Of a stretch of 64,000 bases of DNA, positions 1 through 17,993 are shown one piece after another; position 1 is the first letter of the stretch, and each line of letters opens with the position of its first letter. Source of the DNA: the human T2T-CHM13v2.0 reference genome, Homo sapiens; NCBI RefSeq assembly GCF_009914755.1, contig NC_060937.1. One strand, 5' to 3'. Below the pieces are notes generated by a model. That model worked only from the letters and a program-made list of their open reading frames with translations. It ran no database searches and was not told the DNA's origin. A program made the translations under genes and the position numbers.

Positions 1-53
1 CAAACACAAAGCATTTTACATACATTATTCCATAGCTACCTTAAGTAAATCGT

Positions 54-376
<323 letters not shown>

Positions 377-1667
377 TCAAAGCTATTAAGTATCAAACAA
401 GTGAAACTATCCAAGGTCTCATATCTATGATGTGGCAGAATTGGGATTCAACTCCATAACAAACATCCCTGGGCCAGATACAAGACTACCCTGTCTCAAG
501 GCAGGTCCCACAGGGGATGGAGAAAAGCGCAGTCCACCGCATGTAGAGGGTGCTGGAGTGGGGCTCATTCTGTGCCAGGGTTGAGATCTCAGGGGCTCTG
601 CTCGCGGGTGGAAGAACTGCTCCCATTAAGATGGATCTAGAAGGTCTCTTTGGTTTCAAACAAGATCTCAATAAACAGTGGAGATATAGGGAATGGAGTC
701 TAATTTTTCAGGGACAAGAAATAGGCAAAAATTAAGCAGGGTATTAAGGCTTTAAACAAGCAGGCTGAAGCCCAGCACAAGCCTGCGACAGAGCTAGGGA
801 AATGGAGCAAAAATGAAGCAAGCTCGGTCACACTGCCACACCAGCAACGTGGTGGGATGCTGAGAGAACCTACTCCTAAGGGGGTGAGAGAGCCTGGGCC
901 TACCACAGGATCCCCAGCTACAGACAGCAAGGCCCACTCCTGCACTGCTGATTGGTGGGTCTGAGTCTGTCTTCTCAGGGACAAACTGAAGGTCTGCACA
1001 TGGTTAAGGTTTCCTGTTAAACGTCCTCAGAGCCTGCCATGGAAGGGAACAGTCCAAAAGCTTCAAGGAAAGCAGAGACCGCAAGCAGAGGCTCAAGCCA
1101 TAAGTCAGGACTTGGGGAAAAAAGCGAAGAACCCAATTATCAGAAGTGAGCACCAAGCTCAGCACTAACTGATGCCTGTTCTCCGTGCTGAGCTAGGAAA
1201 TGCTGAAACTCCCCTGACTTTAAGACCCATCCCAGAGGTGAGCTTGGGGTTTTTAGCTTAAAGGTGGGGCCTGGTGGGCCTAGTGATAGAAACAAGGCTG
1301 TAGTAAATGAAGAGCACACCTGTGCCAGGCTGGCAGCTGGGACTCTAAGGGGAAGAAGACTTGGTCAACAGACTCTGCGGACCAGAAAAATTCTGCAAAC
1401 CGAAATTCCAAACCCTTTAAGATTCAGGTGCACTGTATATAATGCAATAGAAATGTTCCTGAAAAGCAATATATAAATCAAATTTTTGTAAATTGATACT
1501 TTGAGTGACCCAGAGGAATTTGCTGCTTAAAGGAAATTATTATTTTTGTAAATCTGGTTTCAACTCAATTGGATTTTCTTAAATGGAGCGTTCTTTTAAT
1601 CTGATTTTCTTCTATCAGAGACTGAGACATATATCTCTGATATGTCAAAAAAAAAAAAAAGTAATAC

Positions 1668-1826
1668 AGCTGGGCATGGTGGTACATGCCTGTAGTCCTA
1701 GCCACTCAGGAAGCTGAGGTGGGAAGACTGCTTGAGCACAGGAGTTTGAGGCTGCAATGAGCTATGATCACAGCACTGTACTCCAGTCTGGGTGTCAGAG
1801 CAAGATCCCGTCTCTGAAAAAAAATA
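1668..1826 (+). mobile_element. Alu right-arm monomer (AluJ/FRAM-like)
   Basis: Single arm GCTGGGCATGGTGG...GTCTC followed by an A tail. Confidence 0.8.
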
Positions 1827-1922
1827 ATTAAAAATAATAGATGCTACTAGTACATCTTGATTTTAGCAAGGTTTAAATTGTATTCCTTACAATATATTCA
1901 TTAAATTAAAAAATGTGGTCTA

Positions 1923-2244
<322 letters not shown>

Positions 2245-2249
2245 CTAAA

Positions 2250-2345
2250 CCAGTGGTTCTTACATCTGACTGTACACAGAATTAAACTGGGAGTTTTATA
2301 AAATACTGATTCCTGGGCCCACCACTTCAGCTTCTGATTCACTGG
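2250..2345. mobile_element. MER5-type hAT DNA transposon fragment
   Basis: CAGTGGTTCT start; ...AAATACTGATTCCTGGGCCCACC...TTCTGATTCA resembles MER5. Confidence 0.55.
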
Positions 2346-3107
2346 GAAACACAGGAAGGTACCAGGGGCTCCCCAACAGGAGCCTATGGCTTAGAAGCCT
2401 TTGTGCAGCCATAGACATTGACAGCAAAATGAGGTTAACCCAGAGACGATCTCACTGCCACCATCCCAGGACCTCCCTTCCCCAGTACCTATGGAAAAAC
2501 AGTTCCAGCTCACACTGAGCACAATGATCCCATGATGATGGGGGCCACTGGCCACATAAGGTGGGGGTTCTCTAAAGCCAAGAAGTGGCAGCCACTCTCC
2601 ATACCGACGTGAGACCAGACCCTGGTTACAGCAGCTCCCTTGGCTTCAGAACCAGGCCTTCAGGTACAAGGCAGGGTGTGTCATTCTCCCCAGGGGCCTA
2701 TGACCTTCATGGAGAATTCTAGCAACATGATTTTATATCCACTTGCATCATACCTAAAAATTATTAGAAGAAAACTGAATATAGTCTTGTGATAAACAGA
2801 ATAATACCCATCCCCTCCCCCCACCAGTGACGTCCACATCCTACTCCTTGACACTGTGAATATGTTAGGTCACACAGTAAAAACAGATGGTTGCTAATCT
2901 ACTGTTTTAACTGACTGACGGATGGGAAGATTATCCTGGTTTCTCTGAGGGGGCCCGAAGTAATCACAAGGGTCCTTAGAAGCTGAACAGGGGGGCAACA
3001 GAGAGATCAAGAGAGATAACAGCATGAGAAGGACTCAGCTCCACATTGCCAGGAAATGGGGCCACAAGCCAAGGGATGTGGACAGCCTTTAGAAGTTGGA
3101 AAAGGTT

Positions 3108-3733
<626 letters not shown>

Positions 3734-5829
3734 GTTAAAAAAGGCAAGAGACAGATTGCTCTACTCTAAAGCTATCAAAGAGACACACATTGCTGCTGAC
3801 ACCTTGATTTAGCCTAATGAGACCCACATCAGGCTTCTGACCTCCAGAACTGCAAGATAATAAATTTGCATTGCTTTAAACCACTAAATTTCTAGTAATT
3901 TTTTTTTTTACAGCAGAAACAGGAAACTAAAACCCATGACCAAGTTCTCAAATTTTGTTTTTTGTTAGAATGCAAGGAAAGGAAAGTAGAACTTAAAAGT
4001 CTGGCAGATTCTCCTTTTTGTTGCAAGGCCCTGCAAGTCACCCCAACATTTTACTTTTCTTCTCTTTAATAGACAAAGAAAATTGTGTATCTAAGGTGAC
4101 CGGGCTCATTTATCAGGCCAAGTTTTTAGCACAGTATGATAGGATTGTGGTAAGATCCAGGATCCATATTTTAAAAATCTCCCTAGGCATCTCTAATATG
4201 CAGCCAGGTTTGCAAACCACTGGTCTACAATTTAAATTCTAACCAACATAATTACGACGTGGCTGCATTCCTAGAGAATGAGTACCGGTGGGTTATCATT
4301 AATCTGGGAGGACAGAACACAGGTGATGAAGATTCTCATTCTGTGACCTGCAGCATGGAATGGCCAGCATGTGAATTCAATGTGAATGTGGCACCAAATG
4401 GAAAACAGGAGGAGGAAGGCATTTTAATTCACTAATGAGGGTTGTTAGGACGGACAGTTTATTGATTCTCAGGGCAGGTGACAGCAGACTGAGGAGGTGC
4501 CAGATGAGTTGCTGGGAGTTGAATGCAGTTCAGAGAAGGCAAATGCAGGATAATATACCGTCTGTAACAGGGAAGGACACAGCACAATAACTGGCAGGGC
4601 TGGGGAAGACCTTGCAAAATTAGAAAAGTGTCCAGAGACAAGGTCAGTGCTGCAGAGTAGGGGGTGTGAGGGGATGCAGGAGGGCCACTGGCCTGGGCCT
4701 CCATTCACATATGTCCTGAAATTTAGACTCCTGACATCTCTCAATATCTGATAAGGTGTTTGTTAATGTAAAAACATGCAAAGCATGCCAGTTTAATAAT
4801 TTCATTTTTGCATCGTTTCCTTTGTTAATGTATGGGGAGCCTGAAAACATGAGGCTAGTGGCCCAGATGTCTCAACTTCAAAAGTCCATGGTGGCTCACA
4901 AGATCCATTCAGCCCTGCAGTTTATGAAGCAATCCTAAGTGGACCCCCATAGGATATTTTTGGAAGGACACACCAAGAACAGTGAGGGTCTCTAGTGATC
5001 TGGGCCAGGAGAGTTGGAATCCAGAGAGGAAAAGAGATTTACTTGTTTTTTTTCCTAAATACAATTTTAATAGATCCTATTTTTGTTTTCCTCTTTTCCT
5101 CCCAGAGTTATACATGCCTTTAATCCAAAATGTCAAACAAGTCTTGTTATTAAAAAAAATAGCAGTCCTTTAATCTCTCCTCCCCATTTTCTACACTTTA
5201 ACCTTTTAGATAATTCTTTTGGTATTTACTTTCAGGTGTCTACATTAACATGCTTGAAATACTGTTCCTTGATTTTTCAACTATAGCCATTATCTATAGA
5301 TAATGGTTAGAAGATTAGGATTTGGTGTCTTTCCTCCTGCTGTCCCAGTGGGATACACTTATCCTTCCCCATCTCCCATCCTTCCAACAGAATTATGTTG
5401 TAATGCTGGTAACGTGAATGTTCAATGTGTATGTTAGAGCAATAGTCACAGCTAAGCCATATAGTAAACTATGACCACTTTCTCTTTTCTGAACACCTTT
5501 TTTTTCTTTGAGACAGGGTTGCTCCTGGAGCTAATAACTGTTTTGGTTTTCGTTTGCTTCATTTTCTGTGTACAGTATTTATATTTGCTATTGGTCTATG
5601 TCTGCTGTCAAGGCATTCAGAATTTTCAGATAGTCTAATAATTTCACCAGTCTCCTAAAAAAAAACTCTCCCATAGCCTTATAGAATATGCTCTAACCCG
5701 CACCTGAGACATAGCTCTCATCTTGGAATCTCCCTTCACCAGCATCCCAGAGATTCTCTTGCCTTGTTCCTGTTTAAACTTCAGAGTCCTCTTTCTTAGT
5801 TTATTATTTTGACATATGTTTGGGGACAT

Positions 5830-7480
<1,651 letters not shown>

Positions 7481-7516
7481 TCATTTCTTCCCTTTTTATC
7501 AGAAAGATAAAAAATG

Positions 7517-7697
7517 CCAAATGCCAGCACAAAGAGAATAGACCCACACTAAGGCACACCAGTGTGATAGCTCAAAACAGTGAGGACAAAGAACAGATGC
7601 TACAGGCTTCCAAAGAGGAGGAGCAAACAAGTCCTACCTAAAGGATGACAAATCAGAATGGCATCAGACTTCTCAATAGCAACCCTGAAGGCCAGAT
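7517..7697 (+). repeat. 181-bp inverted duplicate of 5984-6164
   Basis: Reverse complement of 5984-6164 aligns ungapped with about 5 mismatches (by eye). Confidence 0.92.
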
Positions 7698-7839
7698 GTG
7701 TGTGTCTGTGTGTGTGTTTTGTTCTCCATCTGCACCTGGAAGTTGGGAGATTTACTTATCACTCTTTAATTTTTTCTGTTGTTTTATTGTTTAATCAATG
7801 TTTTAGTTACAAACTATTAATTATCGCAAATTGTTTCAC

Positions 7840-8152
7840 TTTTTTTTTTTTTTTTTTTTTGAGATGGAGTTTCTCTCTGTTACCCAGGCTGGAGTGCAAT
7901 GGCGCAATCTCAGCTTACTGCAACTTCCCCCTGCCGGGTTCAAGCGATTCTCCTGCTTCGATTCTCCTGCTTCAGCCTCCTGAGTAGCTGGGATTACAGG
8001 TGTGTGCCACCACACCCAGCTAATTTTTGTATTTTTAGTAGAGACGGGGTTTCATTATGTTGGTCAGGCTGGTCTCAAACTCTTGACCTTGTGATCCGCC
8101 CACCTCAGCCTCCCAAGGTGCTGGGATTACAGGCGTGAGCCAAGTGCCTGGC
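7840..8152 (-). mobile_element. Alu (AluS) with internal 14-bp tandem duplication
   Basis: Poly-T, Alu body; CGATTCTCCTGCTT occurs twice in tandem. Confidence 0.9.
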
Positions 8153-8886
8153 AAGAATTGTTTTGCTTTTTAAGATAATCTAGTTCATTTTTTTCAAAGC
8201 AGCTATGAGAGTATAGCATGTAAAAACTGCAAAATAATGATCAGCCTTTAAGGCTTTGAGTGGTTCCCAAGTGCTGAGCTCTGTCATATCTGCATGTATC
8301 TGCATGTATGTGCATGTATATTTACAAAGGAGACAGCTGTGGCTGACATGGAGAAGGTAATGTACCCACAAATTGTGACACAAGACCAATAAAAAATAAT
8401 ACAGCTATAAGCAGGAAATGAAGTAGGTCACAATGAGTCATCATCCGTTGTGTGAAATTTCTTAGGTTATTGTTACCTCAGCCCAGAGAAGAGTTTTCAA
8501 TTCAGTTGCACACGAGTTATCCCACTTATAATGAATCTTCTGAAGCCATTAGTTGTTTCCTAATTTTTTGATTGTACATCCTTATAAGAAAAACATTTCA
8601 GCATACCCTCAAATATGTAAATGTATTTATTTGCAGGTTATACATGTCATATCAATATCAGTACAATACTAACATCCAAATAAGTAGAGATTTTTTTAGA
8701 GGATGCAATAGAAAATAAAATTAGAAGTTCTAATATTTTCCTTGAGTACCTCAGTGGATCATCTTAAACACCATGGAATTTTCCACCACGATGAATATCC
8801 AAACACTTAGACAAGGTTTTTGAAAGACTCCTACTCAGACCCTACCGAGGCATTCTGAATCAGAACTTCTGAGGGTAAGGCCCTAA

Positions 8887-9247
8887 TGAGACAGCCAAAC
8901 GCCAAGGCAGATAAAAAGGGGTCCCCGGAGAATCTCTAACCCTCCCCACAGGTGTTTACATCAGATGTTTTTGTGCAGACGAAGGAACTTGCCCAGGGCC
9001 TTGTCTGAGCATGCCCACATGAGCCCTGGGGGAGCAGGGTGGAGTCACAGGCAGGGGGAGGAGCCCTGGGATTCAATCTGTGAAGTGGGGAGCCTGTTTT
9101 CGCTTTGCTGAGGTTTTTTTTCATTTTTCCCTTTTCACCCAATAAAATCCTGCTCTATTCACCCTTCAATGTGTCCACGTGCCTAATTTTCTTGGTCATG
9201 TGACAAGAACCTGGTTTTAGCTAAACCAGGAGCAAAATTCTAAAACA
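8887..9247 (+). mobile_element. MER61-family ERV1 solo LTR
   Basis: TGAGACAGCCAA...AAGGGGTCCCCGGAGAATCT start, AATAAA near 9141, ends CA; imperfect 4-bp TSD CTAA/CTAG; lies within a MER5-like remnant. Confidence 0.75.
8985..9016. promoter_or_regulatory. p53 response element (three half-sites)
   Basis: GAACTTGCCC-AG-GGCCTTGTCT-GAGCATGCCC vs RRRCWWGYYY: two perfect half-sites and one with 1 mismatch. Confidence 0.7.
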
Positions 9248-9345
9248 CTAGCAAGGACATTTTGAAAAAGTTTCCCTGCTGATTCCCATGTGCACCTTTG
9301 GTTTAAAAATACAATTCTAAAGATACAAGAATTAGAACCCCTAAA

Positions 9346-9677
<332 letters not shown>

Positions 9678-9826
9678 CTACTGAATGCAAAGATCAGTCA
9701 ATTAACTCTGGGAAATGTATAGTTCAACAGATTATCTGGATCATCATGTGCCTCAAAAAACATTGTGCTCTCCTCCCAACTCCATATTTTTCTTCCTCTG
9801 ACTCTGTCCTTTCCTTTCTATTTTAT

Positions 9827-9954
9827 TAATTTATTATTATTATTATTTTTTGAGATGGAGAGCTCTCTAAGTTGCGCAGGCTGCTCTCAAATGATCCTCC
9901 TGCCTCAGCCTCCCAAGGTGCTGGGATCACAAGTATAAGCCAACATGCCTGGCC
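9827..9954 (-). mobile_element. FLAM/Alu monomer
   Basis: (TTA)n tail and a single arm ending CCTGGCC. Confidence 0.75.
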
Positions 9955-10128
9955 TCCCCTCACTTTTAATATAACTTGAACTTTACTATTATATGCATAG
10001 ATATTCATTATAGAAAATATAGATAAGCAAAAAAGAAGAAAATAAAAATGAATTCATAATTCTACCATTCCAAAATAATGAAAATGTTTACTCATAGCTT
10101 TCAATATATTTATGCAAACATGTATTTA

Positions 10129-10445
<317 letters not shown>

Positions 10446-10925
10446 TATAAAAGGGAATCATACTGTACATGCCATTTTTAACCTGACTTTCTTCACTGTG
10501 TAATTATGTATTTTTTTCCGAGAAAATAAGAATGAAAGCTCTGACAGAGCCAGGAACAGTGGCAAGAGAGCTGATCGGCAAAGAGCAGGTGGTGAGATCA
10601 GAAACTCCCCCACTAACCTGCTGAACTGCCATCCTCTCCCTCATATTCTCTTCCCTCTACCTTCTGATCCTCCCTGACTTCATCTCTCTTCCTCTGTTTG
10701 CCTTCTACATGCTCTTTCCCTTTCTCTTTTCTTTCACCTTCTACCCTCAATTCTCTCTACTAAAGCAACCAAGGCCTTCAGGACAAGGATTAATATTTAA
10801 TAGAATTAAACTTCCTGTTAATTTGACAAGGGATGCATAACCAGGAAGCTGGAGTGACAGCTGCACCCTCCTCTGAAGTGGGGATTTTCTGAGCAAGCCC
10901 AAGCAAGAGCCCTCTGTTCTTCTAC

Positions 10926-11243
<318 letters not shown>

Positions 11244-11265
11244 TAAAGTTCCTTATTTGTCTTAG

Positions 11266-11374
11266 AAGCAAGGTGCGGCCAGAGGCAGCGGGGTACCCAG
11301 GTTGTCAGAGAAGAGCCATGTCAGGAAGATTGCATTTCTGGAATTGAAACCAAGGGAGAGATGGTTGACAGAAG
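11266..11374 (+). ncRNA. Candidate exon of unidentified spliced transcript
   Basis: Acceptor ttccttatttgtcttag| and strong donor AAG|gtgagg in non-repeat DNA. Confidence 0.35.
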
Positions 11375-11819
11375 GTGAGGACTGAGAAGGAGGCAGGCAT
11401 GAAAATCCAGAACAAACCAGCTGTGGAGCTTTCCCACTGGTGTTACAAAACCGGTCACAGAAAACCAGTTCCTCTTGCTTTAGGTGGCAAGAATCTTCTA
11501 CATGCTGGTTACCTCAACCCCACTGACAAAGACATTTCCACCTGCAATTATTAATCCACTGCTAGTGAGGAAAGTTTTCTGAACTTTGAAAACTTCATTG
11601 GGCTGGTGTGAAAGAAAGTAAGCACTTTCTACTACAGTGAAGCCAAATTGTGTTTTTCAGAGGCTGTGGAAAATTATTATTTTCATTAAATGCAAATCAT
11701 TGCCCTCAAACCAATGACGTTCTTAGGCATGAAATTGTCATTGGCTTTATTAACTAGGAGAGGCTACATTACCCAACTCTCTAAAGGCACTCTGCTGTAG
11801 AAGGTTCTAGAAAATGAAT

Positions 11820-12360
11820 GGAAAGTGACTCATTCTCCACCTTCATCCCCAAAACCAAAACTCCCCCTGCAGCAAAACACCCCCTGCAGCAGCAGGAGTT
11901 TATGGATCATCCTCAGAGTGGGGGTGTAGCACATGGGCCACTAGATGCTTCAGGGGGCAGCAATTAAGTGCTTCACCAGGGGCATTAGTCACAGTGGGTG
12001 GGACCCTCCCTGTCACCCTGCAGAAATGGGAGCCAGAGAAGCTGGTAATAACTGAAGAGAGGGAGGCCCCATCCCCTACAACCTCTCCCTTTTCCCAGCA
12101 GCAAGTACTGAATAAGCAGCACTTAGCATATGTACAAGGTCAGAAAGGAGGTGAAAAATAGGGAGAAGGTGTTTTGACATAAATATTTCCAGAAAGGATC
12201 TCTTAAGGGAGAGCATCTCTGGCTTATGGCAGAGTTAAAACTTAAAAAAGAAAAAAAAATTATTCGAAAAAAACTAGAAAAAGTTTTCCTCCTCCTCACC
12301 CCGAGAAACAAATCTCTACTTGTAGTGGCGCCTGAAGTTTAACCATTAGTGACTCATTCC
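11820..12360. promoter_or_regulatory. Candidate enhancer/CTCF cluster
   Basis: AP-1 TGACTCA at 11826 and 12350 with adjacent CATTC(C); CTCF-like GCTTCAGGGGGCAGCA (11947) and TCACCAGGGGGCATTA (11973). Confidence 0.4.
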
Positions 12361-12960
12361 TTTGTGAACTGCAGGAGACTTGGCATTTAAGAGGTCTGTA
12401 TTGAAATGCAAATATTTATGAGACCTGCCAATAATTTTCACTAGTATCAGAATCCTTGAGATGACCTTCAAATACAGATTCCTGGTGGCATAGACATGCA
12501 TAGTTTGTACCCCTAGTCCTCACTACAACCATGACCTTCAGGCAATAGATGGGTTCTCCAGTTCTCTGGCTTCTGATGGGACCCTGATGTAGTTAACTTA
12601 AGTTCTTGCTTTTCCAGGTTAGAAAATGATTTCCACTGTGGCGACAGTTTGGCTACCTCAATCAGAACTGACCCTTTATAGTTAAAGATGGAAGCAAAAT
12701 GGAAAACTGTAAATAGTTGGGCTTTTTAAATTTTGGCATGTCAAAAGGGAGGGCGGCTATACAGGAGTAAACACTGTCACCTTCCTCCACTGAATCCATG
12801 GCCCCTTCCTATATCTTGTCTCGTTCTTTTCTCCTTGGTTTCTCTACAATTACATTCTCTTTCTCCTTTTTCTCCTACCCCTCAAGACACAGACATACTA
12901 GGAATGCAATCATATTTGTCTTATATGTACTTAATAATTTAGTACTTTCTTTACACAACA

Positions 12961-13503
12961 TGGTGAGAAATAAAATTCTAAGCCCCCAACTGACTGAATG
13001 GACCCTCTCTTGGCCAAAGGAGCCCCAAAGAAACCTTGGAAGCTGAATTCATGGCCACAGTCTGACACCTCCTCCCTCGATAAAAGTCATTAGGTTTCCT
13101 TCTCGAAGGTCTAAACAGAAACCAGCCCTTTCAACAGACTACTAGCTTGTCTTCCCAGACACAGTACAAAGACAAGATGAGGTTAATGGTTCCTTCATCA
13201 CTCCCCAAGACCTCTGCTTCCTCTATTCCCTTTTTCTTCAATGCTGGCCTTACCTTGTGTAAAATGTAGATTTTGGGGGCACTAGTTAAGTCTCACAAAT
13301 ACATTCTCATTGGTCTCACTGTCACCCCTCCTCCACCCCTTTTAAAGGAAAATGAATAAATACTAAACCTCCTGAGAATCTCTTTGGAAAAAACAGCCAC
13401 AGATGCTTCTGTGACTCATGTTTTTTTCCCGGGCACGCCCTCACACTGGCTCAAAACCTGGATGATTTGAATCTTATGCTTCAATCACTCATTTTGGTTT
13501 TCA
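12961..13503 (+). mobile_element. MER4-group ERV1 solo LTR (MER34/MER39-like)
   Basis: TG..GAAATAAAATTCTAAGCCCCCAACTGACTGAATGGACCC start; ends ..TTTTGGTTTTCA. Confidence 0.65.
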
Positions 13504-13973
13504 ATAGGTTTAATATTTTACTTGAGAATAGAGTCGTGTCAGTGAGCTGGACTTTTTTACTCAATGGGCTTAGCAGCCATGACAGGGGAAAAAGGGTCTT
13601 CCCTCTGTTTCATGATGTTAAGAGTGAAGGGATCATTGATCAGGTGCTGAGAGCCACAGGGCCACCTAAAGAGTGTCAGAGGATAATAAGGGTGAGTTGG
13701 GGGTTTGAAAAAACAAGACCAAGGACAAGATCCCCCTCCTTCTCAAACTGGCAAAGAACAAGTTAAAATCAGCCCTGACCAGTGAGCCCTGGTTAACAGT
13801 CCACCCTGGGGCAGCAGCAAAGACCCCACAGGTTGCTCTCTGCTCATGCCCTCTGTAAGATTTCCTCAGGTGGGGAGGGCACATGGGGCCCAGGGTTATT
13901 CTGTAGAGTTGGGACAACCATAATGTACCTCTTCTGCCTGTTGGCCTCCTTTTCCCCACTTCAATACATACAG

Positions 13974-14071
13974 GTGAAATCAAATGAAAATTAACACCAA
14001 GGACCCCACAAAGGGTAAAGAAGCCACTACAAGCCAAGAAAGCAGAGTGTGTGGACAAAAGAAGGGGGGAA
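13974..14071 (+). ncRNA. Candidate internal exon (98 nt)
   Basis: Long pyrimidine tract ...catacag| and consensus donor |gtaagt. Confidence 0.5.
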
Positions 14072-14170
14072 GTAAGTCACTCCAGATTCTCTGGGTTGCT
14101 AGGTGTAGTTTGGAAGACAAAGTTACTGATATTTTCAAGCTTCAGCTGGCCAAGCCCTCTTCTCCTCTAG

Positions 14171-14675
14171 GTGGGATGCCTCCATGAGCTCCAACAGGCA
14201 GCCTCGCCGACCTCCCAGCTCTGCTCAGTTGCTCAGCACCCCATGGAGAAGGTGAAGCCCATAATGAACACACTGCCCTGGCCACTTACTTCCTCCAACC
14301 AAAGAAGCCCTCATCTCCCGGGCCTAGACCATTTCCGGAGACCAGCTTGTGACAGAGCCACAACCTCCGGTCACTCTGTCAGCTATCTGCAGTTCCTCCT
14401 TTTTCCTTTCCTCTCTCCCCTCATAAACAATGACTGTTGATGTTTCCACTAGCTACAGATGCTGATGCCAAGATTAGCTTTGGTCAAGATGATATTCTCC
14501 ATCCTCCAAAACAATGACCAAAATGTTTTATTTTATGGCTAGGAACTTTACTTTCTTTCATATGAAATATTTAATGTATTTTTCACTGTGCTCATTTTTG
14601 TTTTGTGTGGTGATAGTTAATAGCAAAACTTATGCTACCCCATCAAGAAATAAACAAGGAACTTCTTGATAACAG
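14171..14675 (+). ncRNA. Candidate terminal exon with poly(A) signal
   Basis: Acceptor ccctcttctcctctag| 99 nt after the donor at 14072; unique sequence turning AU-rich; AATAAA at 14649-14654. Confidence 0.5.
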
Positions 14676-15029
14676 GAGGAACTAACCATGCAACTGAAAG
14701 CAGAGGCGCAAAAAAGAGCTTTTTCTATATTTGATTCCTTCTCTGATTTGTATAATCTCCCCATCAAAAAAAAAAAAATCAATGAATTGTGTAACTCAGT
14801 TTCTCAAGTGTCATAACAACCTGTGCTCCCTGTTCCACTCTCCCCACACACAGAATGCTTAATAAGAGATTAAAGCACACATAGACATCTATCGTTTTAA
14901 GCAGGTAGCTATATGCTTCTGCTGCCACTCACCAAAGACAGGGAAATTTCTCATTTGTATAAAGCCCAGTTACCAATACTTAACAGCTTTCTCTTCTATA
15001 AGTTCAAGTCTAAAAAATAGAATTTCAGA

Positions 15030-16489
<1,460 letters not shown>

Positions 16490-16490
<1 letters not shown>

Positions 16491-16808
16491 TATTATTATT
16501 ATTATTATTATTAATTTATTTATTTTGAGATGGGGTCTTGCTCTGTTGCTCAGGCTGGAGTGCAGTGGCAGGATCTCAGCTCACTGCAACCTCCACCTCC
16601 TGGGTTCAAGTGATTTTCCTGGCCTCAGCCTCCCTAGCAGCTGGGATTATAGGCATGCACCACCATGCCTGGCTAATTTTTGTATTTTTGTAGACATGAG
16701 GTTTCACCATGTTGGCCAGGCTGGTCTCAACCCCCTGACCTCAAGTGATCTGCCCACCTCGGCCTCCCAAAGTGCTGGGATTAGAAGTGTGAGCCACCAC
16801 ATCCAGCC
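16490..16808 (-). mobile_element. Alu (AluJb/Sz-like)
   Basis: (TAT)n tail plus full dimer. Confidence 0.9.
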
Positions 16809-17554
16809 TAAAAAGAAATATACTATTATAATGAAGAATAAATAAAGAAGCAGTAATACATGAGTTTGAGTGAACTTCAAAAAGGATGAAAAGGATAGTG
16901 GATTTTATGTTATGTAAATTTTACCTCAATTTAACAACAACAACAAAAAAAAGGAGCAGGATTGCAACAGGGAGCTAAAGGCAAAGCCTGTCCTTCCTCC
17001 AGTGCACCTGTCTTTTTGGCATGGCTCTACTAATGATGTGCTGATCAAGGTTGAACAAAAGATACCTCCCCACCACAATAAAAAGCACTGATTTGTATCA
17101 TTTGCCAATTTGTATCAATTGTATCGGTTCCCACCAATGAACATGGAGTTGGGACAAAATGCATACAATTGGCTCTTGAGAGCCAGTGCAATTGAGACCC
17201 AGGACACCACTGGAATTTACCCAGTTACTGAAACCAGAACCCTGGGAAACATCCTTGATTCTTAAACCTTTCCTACCCCTCGCTACCCATGGTCTGCTCA
17301 ATAGCCATTGCACTCCTCCCACATTGGGTAGAAGCCTTGTAGTTTAGGAATGGATCCTGTCCCCAGGTGGTCTAATCCAATATATATACTGCCACCCATT
17401 GATATGCAAAGACATTTATCCTTTGGGATAGCCAGCTGAATCCTGGGCCACCTGGAGGCCCAGGATGCTTGCTTTGAGTCATTCCAATCTGCTAGCTATG
17501 TAAGCATTATTATTTGTTGAAAAGATAGGGAGGCTCCGGACTAAGGGAATTATA

Positions 17555-17979
17555 GTCATCTATTCCTCTCACTGGTGACTGACTCAGGACCTCAGTACTA
17601 AGTCATTTAGTGCATGCTATTCCCTAGTCACAGAGATTAGCCCAAAAGTGGACTCATGACTCAGTTCAGGCCAATGAGATGTGACAAGAGTTTTGCTGGA
17701 GGCATCTGAAAAATTTCCTACTCTTCAGAGAGTTGCAGGAAGAGATAATTTCTCTCTTCCTTATACAGAAGATGAGGTCTGGAACTGCCACCACCATCTT
17801 GTCCGGCAGCCTGAGCACAAATCCCTCCCCCAGAGGTGGGAGGGCCAAGTGGACGGCCAGAGCCAGACACCCCAGCCTATGTTTGGACAACCCATGCTGT
17901 AGGCCAATACATTTCCTATGTTTAAGGTAGTTGGATTTAGATTATCTGTTTCTTGCTGTTGAATGCATCTTAAGCAACA
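17555..17979 (+). mobile_element. Old MaLR LTR (MLT1J/K-like)
   Basis: CATGACTCAGTTCAGGCCAATGAGATGT...CCAATACATTTCC...TCTGTTTCTTGC. Confidence 0.55.
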
Positions 17980-17993
17980 TAGTTTTGACCTGT

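Noticed and set aside
14171-14440. 89-aa ORF as a protein-coding exon
   Set aside because: Starts at a GTG that coincides with the splice acceptor; low-information composition and no recognisable family
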